From: an uncultured Eubacteriales bacterium
GTDB taxonomy: Bacteria; Bacillota; Clostridia; Christensenellales; CAG-138
Direction of reading: 5' to 3'
DNA: 64,000 bases
Assembly: GCA_902768795.1 (NCBI GenBank)
Contig: CACXMS010000004.1
Span: forward strand, 10,978-74,977
The stretch's first letter is position 1. Each line of letters begins with the position of its first letter. Shown piece by piece: positions 39,752 to 48,025 of the stretch. Position numbers and translations under genes: made by a program. The notes under the pieces are model-generated. The model was not told the DNA's origin, made no database searches, and saw only the letters and a program-made list of their open reading frames with translations.

Positions 39752-39780
39752 ATTATAATCGAAGTCCGGGCCGATTGCAA
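39752..39780 (-). promoter_or_regulatory. Promoter of the tetR-fakA-fakB-GNAT-plsX operon
   Basis: Minus strand reads TTGCAA, 17 nt, TATAAT, about 45 nt upstream of the trimmed TetR start. Confidence 0.7.
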
Positions 39781-39819
39781 CCGTTTTGCCGTATTTTTCC
39801 GGCAAAGCCGCAAATTTCG

Positions 39820-39848
39820 TTGACGATCGCTTTCGCTTGGGATATACT
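39820..39848 (+). promoter_or_regulatory. Promoter of the aldo/keto reductase gene
   Basis: TTGACG, 17 nt, TATACT. Confidence 0.6.
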
Positions 39849-39901
39849 TTTTTCAGAAACATCCGCCGGTGTAAAATGCCCGGCAAAAAGGAGAGAGCAG
39901 C

Positions 39902-41011
39902 ATGATCACAATGGAACAGCAGCCGAAAAAACTCGGCTTCGGATTGATGCGTTTGCCGAGAAAAGGGCTTTCGATCGACGTGGAACAGGTAAAGGAAATG
40001 GTGGATCTCTTTTTGGCCGCCGGGTGCACCTATTTTGATACGGCGTACGTCTATCCCGGCTCGGAGGACGCGATTCATAGGGCGCTCGTCGAACGGCATC
40101 CGCGCGACGCCTACACGCTTGCGACCAAGCTGTACGCCGGCATGATGCCCACCGAGAAGACGGCAAAGCAGGAGCTTTCAACCAGTCTCAAGCGCACCGG
40201 AGCGGGCTATATCGACTATTACCTGCTTCATTCTCTGATGCGCGGGAATTGGAAGCTGTATGAAAAATACCATCTCTGGGATTTTGTGCAGGAACAAAAA
40301 GCGGCCGGAACAATCCGGCACTACGGCTTTTCGTTTCACGACGGGCCGGAGCTGCTCGATGAGATCCTGACGCTTCACCCCGACGCGGAATTTGTGCAGC
40401 TTCAGATCAACTACGTCGATTGGGAAAACCCGTCCGTCACGTCGCGCAAGAATTATGAGGTTGCACGTAAACACGGCAAGCAGATCGTCATCATGGAACC
40501 GGTCAAGGGCGGCAAGCTCGCCGCTCCGCCGAAGGAAGTCCAATCGCTGATGCAAAGCGTCGCGCCGGACCGGTCGTACGCGTCCTGGGCAATCCGGTTC
40601 TGCGCGTCTCTGGAAGGCGTGCTGACCGTGCTTTCGGGCATGTCGAACCTCGATCAGATGCGCGACAATCTTTCCTATATGACGGATTTCGTCCCGCTCA
40701 ACGAAGCGGAACAGCGCATAATCCATGAAGCGCAGCGCATCATGGGCCTTTCCAATACGATCCCCTGCACGGCCTGCCGGTACTGCACGGAGGGCTGCCC
40801 GCAGCAGATCGCCATTCCGGAGGTCTTTTCCGCCGCAAACCTCGCCCTCGGGAGCGGGCGCGTTCTTGAGGCGCGCGCCGCTTATGAAGCGCTGCCCGAG
40901 GAAGCGCGCGCGTCGGCCTGCATCGGCTGCCGGGCCTGCGAGCAGGTCTGCCCGCAGCACATCCCGATCAGCGACAACATGCAAAAAATCCGGGGAATGT
41001 TCGAAAACTGA
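39902..41011 (+). CDS. Aldo/keto reductase with C-terminal 4Fe-4S ferredoxin-type domain
   Basis: 369 aa. GFGLMRLP, YFDTAYVYPGSE. C-terminal CTACRYCTEGCP and CIGCRACEQVCP cysteine clusters. Confidence 0.85.
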   Translation: MITMEQQPKKLGFGLMRLPRKGLSIDVEQVKEMVDLFLAAGCTYFDTAYVYPGSEDAIHRALVERHPRDAYTLATKLYAGMMPTEKTAKQELSTSLKRTGAGYIDYYLLHSLMRGNWKLYEKYHLWDFVQEQKAAGTIRHYGFSFHDGPELLDEILTLHPDAEFVQLQINYVDWENPSVTSRKNYEVARKHGKQIVIMEPVKGGKLAAPPKEVQSLMQSVAPDRSYASWAIRFCASLEGVLTVLSGMSNLDQMRDNLSYMTDFVPLNEAEQRIIHEAQRIMGLSNTIPCTACRYCTEGCPQQIAIPEVFSAANLALGSGRVLEARAAYEALPEEARASACIGCRACEQVCPQHIPISDNMQKIRGMFEN

Positions 41012-41031
41012 CCGGATTTCGGGCCGATGCT

Positions 41032-42465
41032 TCAATACCCGATCACAATGCCGAGCGCAATAAACAGCAGAACGAGCGCGAGGTTGACGGCAAACAGCGG
41101 CGCGCTCTTTTTGACCCACTTGAAATAGTCGACGCCGATCATCGACAGGGAGATCAGCAGCACCGGCGAGGTCGGGAACAGAACGTTCGTATACCCGTCC
41201 GCAAACGTGTAGATCAGGATCAGCGTCTGCTTGGAAAGCCCAACCTGCAGCACGGCGAGCATTCCCATTACGAAAACCGCCTTCGCCGTAGAAGAAGAAA
41301 TAAAGAATTCCAGCACGAGAATGATCGCATACAGGACGAGCGCGACCATGAAAATGCTGCGTCCTTCCACGATCGTATTGATCTGATGCACGATCGTCGG
41401 CATAATGCGGCCGGCGTCGAAGATGTACTTGATGGAGGACGCAAGCGCGATGAACACGACCGTCGGGATCGCGCCGACGACACCCTTCCCGAAGCTCTTC
41501 AGAACGGGTCGCACTTTTCCGATGCTGACAAAGCCCGCGACCAACCCGAAGATCAGAAAATAGGCGATCAGGATGACTACCGTATACCCGCGCAGCGCGG
41601 ATACGGCCGAGCAGACAATGATCAGCGCCAGACAGACGAGCAAAAATACGATATACGTGATGCAGATCCGCTTTTCGTTCTGCGGCGCATCGGAGCTTTG
41701 TTCGCCCTTTTTTTCCGCAGCGCGCAGCGCCTCGTCACGGGCGCGCGTCAGGCTGGACGACGGATCCTTTTTCAATTTTCGCACATACAGAAAAACGAAT
41801 GCAAGCAGCAGCAGATACATCAGGGCAAAAACGACAAAGCGGTACCAGATGTGCTCCATCGGGTTCGCCCCGATGATGTCCGCCGCCGTCAAAACCGTGA
41901 ACGGGTTCGTGATTGCGCTCGCAAAACCGAAGCCGCACGCAACGATGCTGATCAGAAAGCCCGTGAACGAATCCAGCCCGATCATCACGCACAGCGCGGT
42001 CACGATCGGCAGCATCGAAAGCATCTCCTCAAACAATCCCAAAAACGCGCCGAAGCACATGAAAATGAGCGTAACTGTGCAGAGCAAAAGAACGGTGCGC
42101 TTGCGGAACCGTTCGGCAACGGCGCCGACCAGCGCGCGGATCCCGCCGACGTCGTTCATCACCTGGAACGCGGCGAATACCGTGACCAGAAACAGCGACA
42201 GCACAATCAACGCCGCTCCGCCGTCCGACGCAAAAACGAGAAACGGCGCAAGCACTCCCTGATAGATCGGAATGCCGGACGCGCCCTCGATGCGCGAATA
42301 CGCAAGATAATCCGGCTTGCCGTCCGCCCCGACGCCGAATTCCCCTTTCGGGATCACATACGTTAAAACGATCGCCGCAATCATCAGAAGCAGCAGCAGC
42401 GCCACGACCTGCAAAAAAGTCTTTGCGGAAAGATCAATCAGCGATTTCCGTTTCATTTTTTCCAT
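41032..42465 (-). CDS. YfcC-family (DcuC/AbgT-like superfamily) membrane transporter
   Basis: 477 aa polytopic membrane protein. Overall pattern resembles YfcC family. AGGAGA RBS. Start lies inside the last 32 nt of the upstream gene. Confidence 0.6.
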   Translation of the reverse strand: MEKMKRKSLIDLSAKTFLQVVALLLLLMIAAIVLTYVIPKGEFGVGADGKPDYLAYSRIEGASGIPIYQGVLAPFLVFASDGGAALIVLSLFLVTVFAAFQVMNDVGGIRALVGAVAERFRKRTVLLLCTVTLIFMCFGAFLGLFEEMLSMLPIVTALCVMIGLDSFTGFLISIVACGFGFASAITNPFTVLTAADIIGANPMEHIWYRFVVFALMYLLLLAFVFLYVRKLKKDPSSSLTRARDEALRAAEKKGEQSSDAPQNEKRICITYIVFLLVCLALIIVCSAVSALRGYTVVILIAYFLIFGLVAGFVSIGKVRPVLKSFGKGVVGAIPTVVFIALASSIKYIFDAGRIMPTIVHQINTIVEGRSIFMVALVLYAIILVLEFFISSSTAKAVFVMGMLAVLQVGLSKQTLILIYTFADGYTNVLFPTSPVLLISLSMIGVDYFKWVKKSAPLFAVNLALVLLFIALGIVIGY

Positions 42466-44299
42466 TTCGAATCTCCTGCATCAGATCGACAAGCAGCGCC
42501 CACCGCACGACCTGCCGACGGTTTTCGACGGGATAAAAGTAATACAGATCCCCGTTATAATACGTCTCGAACTCCTCGCCGCAGGAAAACGGCAGCGCAG
42601 GCAGCGCGTCGAACCCGACGGTGAATTCCGTTTTGTCCGAACGGTAGGAAAATCCCTTTTCGTTCAGCGTACACCGGCCGGTTTCGCGCGTCCGATATCG
42701 GCCCTTATCATGGAAAACGGAGGTTTTCACGTCCGCTTCCAGGCAAAAGCCGGCAAGCTCCTGCCGCTCCGTCTGTTTGATTCGTTCATAGTATTCGCCG
42801 ATCGAGTACGGTTCGTCCGTAAACAGGTATTGCTCGTTCAGCCGGTGCACCGCGCCGCACGCGCTGCATTGCAGCTCGTTTTTCACACCCCGCGTCGTAT
42901 ACACCGCGCCGCAGTCGATGCAGCGGTACAAAACGTTCTCCAGCCCCTTCGCCATCCCTTTATGCCGGTACGTATTGACCGGACAGGCGGATTCGTCATA
43001 GGCAAGCGACGTGTCGATCAGCGCGTTCAGCGCGTCGTCGGTCATGGCCGCGATCTCCTCGCTGCGGATCACGCGCTCCGCCGTAACGTAGATATCGGAG
43101 CGGTAGGCGCGTTTGCGCCATTTCGGTTTGGCAAAATACGCCCCGCGGATCTTGACGATCACGAGATCTTTTTTCAGTCTCCGGTAAAACGCCGCGCTCC
43201 TGTCGAGGATCGGATAGGAGCGCCCGTCGACCGAAAGGCGCGCTTCGGGGAAAATGATCACGGGATACCCGCCGCGCAGCGTTCGCATGATCTGAACGGG
43301 AACGGCAATGTCCGGATAAAAGAGTTTCTTCGGAACAATCCCGGACTTTCCCGCGGCTTTCCGGATCAGCGGGTGCGATACAAAATGCTTGTTGACAACG
43401 TACGACGGGTTGGGCGCATTCTCCAGGAGCCGCTTGACGTAATACATATCGAAAAACGAGCCGTGATTGGCAAGCACGATATACGGCGCTTTCCGGCCAT
43501 CCAGCAGCGTGTCGTCGGTATGAATCCGCATCGCACGGTGAAACAGTTTGTCGATTACGCCGAAGAACGCGGTATAGAAGATCGAATCCGGCGTTCCCTC
43601 GTTTTCGCGGAAGTATACCTTGTTCAGGAACAGAAACAGCACGGTAAACAGTACGCCGGCCAGCAGAACGATGATCAGAATCAGCAGCGGCAGCGGCAGC
43701 CGGTTTCCGATGAAATACCGCGCCGCCGTCCCCATCAGATTTGACGTGACGATCGACGGGATTACGCCCGTCGCAACGGTAAACAGATAGCGCCCGAACT
43801 TCATCTTGCGGTGGCTGCCGTAATAGCAGATCGCGCCGAACGGAATCAGCGGCATGATGAACAGCAGATACAGCAAAAGCTGCGTGCTGCGCTCCTTTTT
43901 GACGCTCGCGGCAAGCTTTTCGATCCTCTTTTCATTTTTTTGATAGGCGTCGGTATTGAATCGAAACAGTGTGACCAGAATATATATGATCGTCGCGCCG
44001 AGGCAAACGCCGAGGTCGCATAAAATCAGCGCGATATAGAACGGGTAGCTGAGGCCGCTGGAAATCTGAATGAACTCCGCCGGGATGAAAATGACGACCA
44101 TCTGCAGCGCTTCCACCAGAACGACCGCCAAAAAGCCGAGGACGCCTTTGGAAACCAGCAGTTCCTTTGCCCCGTCGACGTCGTTCGCCATTTCCATACG
44201 CAGAAACGGCACCAGAATATCGCGCAGAAACAAAAAAGCCAATGCGATAACCGCGATCAGCGAGATCAGAATAATGATCCTCTGCGTTGATTTTTTCAT
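42434..44299 (-). CDS. Fusion protein: TVP38/TMEM64 (DedA-superfamily) membrane domain + PlsC-type acyltransferase + C-terminal zinc-ribbon domain
   Basis: 621 aa. N-terminal ~230 aa polytopic region with LIPFGAICYYGS. VLANHGSFFD (HX4D acyltransferase box), IFPEARLS. YRCIDCGAVY..LQCSACGAVH ribbon. Confidence 0.7.
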   Translation of the reverse strand: MKKSTQRIIILISLIAVIALAFLFLRDILVPFLRMEMANDVDGAKELLVSKGVLGFLAVVLVEALQMVVIFIPAEFIQISSGLSYPFYIALILCDLGVCLGATIIYILVTLFRFNTDAYQKNEKRIEKLAASVKKERSTQLLLYLLFIMPLIPFGAICYYGSHRKMKFGRYLFTVATGVIPSIVTSNLMGTAARYFIGNRLPLPLLILIIVLLAGVLFTVLFLFLNKVYFRENEGTPDSIFYTAFFGVIDKLFHRAMRIHTDDTLLDGRKAPYIVLANHGSFFDMYYVKRLLENAPNPSYVVNKHFVSHPLIRKAAGKSGIVPKKLFYPDIAVPVQIMRTLRGGYPVIIFPEARLSVDGRSYPILDRSAAFYRRLKKDLVIVKIRGAYFAKPKWRKRAYRSDIYVTAERVIRSEEIAAMTDDALNALIDTSLAYDESACPVNTYRHKGMAKGLENVLYRCIDCGAVYTTRGVKNELQCSACGAVHRLNEQYLFTDEPYSIGEYYERIKQTERQELAGFCLEADVKTSVFHDKGRYRTRETGRCTLNEKGFSYRSDKTEFTVGFDALPALPFSCGEEFETYYNGDLYYFYPVENRRQVVRWALLVDLMQEIRNGKNETEIAD

Positions 44300-44352
44300 A
44301 TTGCCATTCTCCTGCGTTCCGTCAACCGGAATTCGCTACGACGATTGCATCA

Positions 44353-44381
44353 ATTTTACTCCGAAACGGTTTTTTTGTCAA
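44353..44381 (-). promoter_or_regulatory. Promoter of the DedA-PlsC / yfcC operon
   Basis: Minus strand reads TTGACA, 17 nt, TAAAAT. Confidence 0.65.
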
Positions 44382-44411
44382 TACAACCGCCTGCCCAGAC
44401 GCCGCAAAGAG

Positions 44412-44439
44412 AAAAAAGGAACCGTTCCGTTCCTTTTTC
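44412..44439. terminator. A/T-flanked hairpin terminator after the LRR gene
   Basis: AAAAAAGGAAC, loop CGTTCC, GTTCCTTTTT(C). Confidence 0.6.
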
Positions 44440-44483
44440 AAATTGTCCTTTTCGCCGGACGCGCAGTGCATGTTTCCTTGGAA

Positions 44484-46016
44484 TCAATACCGCGGACTTT
44501 TTTCGAAGAACGCAATCATCCAGTCATAGCGCGGATGCTTGCGCCAGCCGCCCTCGGTTTCGGGCCAGGCGTCCCGGTTGCACAGGCAGTCCGGCAGCGC
44601 CGCCATCAGCGCCTGATGCTCGGCCAGCCGGATCTTGTTGCCCGAATACCAGACACGCTCGAGCGACGAAACCGACTGCAGCGGAGAAAGGTCCGTGATG
44701 CTGTTTGTGCAGACGTTCAGATCCTTGAGATTCTCCAATTCCGAAAGCGGCGATAAATCGCTGATATGGTTGATGAACAGCTCAACCCATACAAGCTCCG
44801 GCATTTCGGCGAGCGCAGAAATGTCGGAAATGCGGTTGTCCGCCAGAATCAGCACCTGCAGCTTGTGAAGCGTCGACAGGAAGGAGATGTCCTCGATCCT
44901 CTGGTGTCCGAGGTCAAGCGCGACGAGATCGACGCAGAATCGCAGCGGCCGGATTTCCTCGCTCGTGAGCCGGTGCGCGTCCTCCGCTTCACTTCTGCCG
45001 GAACGGGTCGTAAACGCCGTCGCGTCCGTCCGCAGCGTTCCCCAGAACCCGAGATCAATCTCCCAAAGGAACCGGATCCCGGGGAATTCGTCACAGATCG
45101 CGCTCATTTCGTCATTGTCAAGCCCGCAGTTTAACATGCCGACCGACGTCAGCCGCGGCAGCAGCGCCAGCGTCTCCGTCAGCGCGTCGACGTCGTCGAT
45201 CGCAACGCCGTCAAGATTCATCGATTCCGTGCTTTCGGAATACGTCTTGCCCGCGTAGGAGACGGAATAGGTGCACACAAATTCCAGATCCGAAAATGCC
45301 TCCATAAACGCCACCGCACCCGCCGGATCGGCCGAACGGTCGCCGAGCAGAACCTTTTTCAGGCCAATAAGATACGGCAGCGCTTCCCTGAGCTCGGTCT
45401 CATCCGGCGCCGTGCCGTCCGACAGGTCAAGCGTTTCCGCGTCGGGCGCAAGCGATTTACCGAAAAGGGCAATGTTGTAATCCAGCGCAAGCGAATCGCC
45501 GAGCAGTTCCGTCGCGTCCGCCAGCTCTTTCGGCGTGCATGTGCCGAGGTGAACCGCCGAAAGGTTCAATAGATACGGCTTTGCCTCCGCAATGTCCGCC
45601 GCCGTCACGGCGTCGAGCGCCTGATCGACCGAAAGCTCGGTCGTATCGGGCGAAACGAACGCACTGCCAACCGCAATGCAATATATGAATGCAATTTCGG
45701 GAAAACGCGCCCGCAGAACGTCGATCTCACTGTTGGCAAGGACCCCGTCCGCAAGCGTCACGCGCTGCAGCGTTTCCGTTTCCGAAATCCGCCGGATCAG
45801 CATGTCCGGCGTCGTCGGTTCCGTTACGGTCAGTTCCGTTTCGGGAACGTCCGTCGGCCTTGGCGTCGGCGTCACAGCGGCTTCTGTCGGTTCCGGCGTC
45901 AGCGCTGCCGGCGCTTTTTCGGCTGCACGCAGGCATAAAATCGTGATCAGCCCCGCCGCTGCAATCAGCAGCAGCGCGGCAAGAATGATCAGGAGCAGAA
46001 TCCTCGATCGATTCAT
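44484..46016 (-). CDS. Membrane-anchored leucine-rich-repeat (internalin-like) surface protein
   Basis: 510 aa. N-terminal TM ILLLIILAALLLIAAAGLITIL, PT-rich linker. LRR units LQVLILADNRISDISALAEMPELVWVELFINHISDLSPLSELENLKDLNVCTNSITDLSPL. Confidence 0.8.
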   Translation of the reverse strand: MNRSRILLLIILAALLLIAAAGLITILCLRAAEKAPAALTPEPTEAAVTPTPRPTDVPETELTVTEPTTPDMLIRRISETETLQRVTLADGVLANSEIDVLRARFPEIAFIYCIAVGSAFVSPDTTELSVDQALDAVTAADIAEAKPYLLNLSAVHLGTCTPKELADATELLGDSLALDYNIALFGKSLAPDAETLDLSDGTAPDETELREALPYLIGLKKVLLGDRSADPAGAVAFMEAFSDLEFVCTYSVSYAGKTYSESTESMNLDGVAIDDVDALTETLALLPRLTSVGMLNCGLDNDEMSAICDEFPGIRFLWEIDLGFWGTLRTDATAFTTRSGRSEAEDAHRLTSEEIRPLRFCVDLVALDLGHQRIEDISFLSTLHKLQVLILADNRISDISALAEMPELVWVELFINHISDLSPLSELENLKDLNVCTNSITDLSPLQSVSSLERVWYSGNKIRLAEHQALMAALPDCLCNRDAWPETEGGWRKHPRYDWMIAFFEKSPRY

Positions 46017-46028
46017 GTGTCTTCCCCC

Positions 46029-47531
46029 TCAGTTTCGTCTCTTGGTCAGAATTCTCAGCAAAACGAGCGCCCCGATCAAAACCGCCAGCGCTGCGGCAAG
46101 CGCGATCAGAATGCCGCGCATCGGAATCGCATTTCCCCGGGATGCGAGCCCCGCCGCTTCCGTCGCCGCCGGAACAGGCGCTTCAGTCGGCGCAGGCGTT
46201 TCCGTCGGCCCGGCCGTTTTGATCGGCTCGGGCGTCGGCGCTTCGGTCGGCGCGGGCGTATCGGTCGGCGCGGGTGTATCGGTCGGCGTCGGCGAAGGCG
46301 TTTCCGTCGGCGCCGGCGTCGGAATAAAGTTGCTCAGATCCTCGGCCGGAATGTTTTCGAACATGTCGTTGACGCCCGAATCCGATCCGACCGTTGTAAA
46401 GGCAAGTCCGAATTTTTCCAGACTGTTTTCATTTTCGTTGTTGCACAGATGGTACCACAGCCGCTGCGACTGATGGCACTGATACGCCTCCTGCGCGACT
46501 TCCCACGCGGTCCGTCCATCAAACGCTTCGAGCGGAACCGTTGCGGAAACGAAGATCGGATTCTCCTGATACAGATGCAAGTACAGTTTTTTCACCTGCC
46601 AGGCGCCGCTCATTTCAGCGGATTGCGGATCGTACGTGGGATCCGCCGCATCGACCACCGCGCGCTGGATCGCCTCGGCAACGACAATGTGCTGCCAATG
46701 TCCGTACTCGCCGTTGACGTCGTGCGTCATGATGACTTCGGGCTGCAGCATGCGGATGTATCCGACAAGCACGCGCTCAACGTCCTCCGTCAAAAAGTCC
46801 TTTGCGTACTTCTCCTTGTTTTTGATCGAGATATCGGGCAGACCCGCCATCAGCGGATACGTCCGAAGCCCCATCGTCCACGCGCCGTTCAGCGCTTCGG
46901 TGCGGCGGACGCGCGTCCGCGTCGCAAGGTACAGAATCGTGCCGTTTAGCCCGCGCTCCGCGCCGTACGTCGGGATCATGCTGCCCATAAACAGCGTATC
47001 GTCGTCGGGATGCATCGAGATCACGAGAAAATCGGCTTTTTCGACCGTCGGCTGCCACGGATGATAGTCGGACGGCGCGCCGCCCGAGAACGGGATCAGC
47101 GTGCAAAGCTCCATCGCTTCCGTAATCTTCAGCCGAACGCCGTAAACATCCTCGCCGATTTCGACGCCGCTGTTCCAATACTGCTCGCCCTGCCGCTTTT
47201 CGATCACGCTGCCGTCCTTCGCAAGCAGCTCCACGGTATAGGCCGACGGCTCGACGCCCGCTTCATCCGACCACTCCCAATAGACGAAATCGACGGGTTG
47301 ATCCTCTTTCCAGGAAACGGACACCCATCCGTTGTCGTTCATTTTCGTGCGGGTTTCGAGTTTGCGGTCGCCGAGCAGACTGCGGAGGCGATCCGCCTGC
47401 TTCGACCCGTTATACGTGCATTGCCGGGAAAGATTCTCCGGGCCGTCCTTTTCCGCGACCGCGCCGGGAATCCCCGCCAACAGCAGAAGGACCGCCAGCA
47501 GTCCGATCAGTATGTTCCGGATTCGTTTCAT
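46029..47531 (-). CDS. Secreted PIG-L/LmbE-family deacetylase with PT-rich linker and C-terminal TM anchor
   Basis: Start trimmed to MKRIRNILIGLLAVLLLLAG (signal peptide, AAAGGAAC RBS). VISMHPDDDTLFMG PIG-L motif. C-terminus (PT)n + ILIALAAALAVLIGALVLLRIL + TKRRN. Confidence 0.75.
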   Translation of the reverse strand: MKRIRNILIGLLAVLLLLAGIPGAVAEKDGPENLSRQCTYNGSKQADRLRSLLGDRKLETRTKMNDNGWVSVSWKEDQPVDFVYWEWSDEAGVEPSAYTVELLAKDGSVIEKRQGEQYWNSGVEIGEDVYGVRLKITEAMELCTLIPFSGGAPSDYHPWQPTVEKADFLVISMHPDDDTLFMGSMIPTYGAERGLNGTILYLATRTRVRRTEALNGAWTMGLRTYPLMAGLPDISIKNKEKYAKDFLTEDVERVLVGYIRMLQPEVIMTHDVNGEYGHWQHIVVAEAIQRAVVDAADPTYDPQSAEMSGAWQVKKLYLHLYQENPIFVSATVPLEAFDGRTAWEVAQEAYQCHQSQRLWYHLCNNENENSLEKFGLAFTTVGSDSGVNDMFENIPAEDLSNFIPTPAPTETPSPTPTDTPAPTDTPAPTEAPTPEPIKTAGPTETPAPTEAPVPAATEAAGLASRGNAIPMRGILIALAAALAVLIGALVLLRILTKRRN

Positions 47532-48025
47532 TCGTTTGTTCCTTTCAGGACCGACCATGCGCTTAGCAGCCGGTCGAACGAGCACGCCGCGTTTGCGGGA
47601 CTCGTGGATGGCAGTACAACGGCGTCCCGCCCGAGGACGGAACGCTGATATTTCCGATAATAAGCGTCCGCGGTTCGTCCGTTCACGTAGATCGCACGGA
47701 TCGGCGCCGCGGCAAGGATCGGTCTTAAATCGTTCGGCACGACATCGCGGATGGAGCTGTCCGCCGAACCCGCAACCGTGCAGGAGCCGATCACATCCCA
47801 CAGCGCGATGTGATTCTGCTCGAGCAGCGCGATCTTTTCCGGAACGGAGCCCGGAACCGGTGCGTCAAACAGCGCCGCCAGCACGCGCCAGAACCGATTC
47901 TGCGGATGACCGTAAAAGAACATCTGCTCCCGGGACTTCACCGAAGGAAAGCTCCCGAGGATCAGGATCCCGGAATCCGGCCGGTAAAACGCCGGAAACG
48001 GATGAACGACTGCTTCCGGCTTCAT
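47528..48025 (-). CDS. Uracil-DNA-glycosylase-superfamily protein (hypoxanthine/deoxyinosine DNA glycosylase type)
   Basis: 165 aa. ILILGSFPSVKS..FFYGHPQNRFW motif. 4-nt overlaps with both neighbours. Confidence 0.7.
   Translation of the reverse strand: MKPEAVVHPFPAFYRPDSGILILGSFPSVKSREQMFFYGHPQNRFWRVLAALFDAPVPGSVPEKIALLEQNHIALWDVIGSCTVAGSADSSIRDVVPNDLRPILAAAPIRAIYVNGRTADAYYRKYQRSVLGRDAVVLPSTSPANAACSFDRLLSAWSVLKGTNE

Noticed and set aside
45830-46330. GC-rich short tandem repeats that look array-like at first glance
   Set aside because: They are in frame and encode Pro/Thr-rich linkers of the LRR and PIG-L proteins. There is no repeat-spacer structure, so this is not a CRISPR array.
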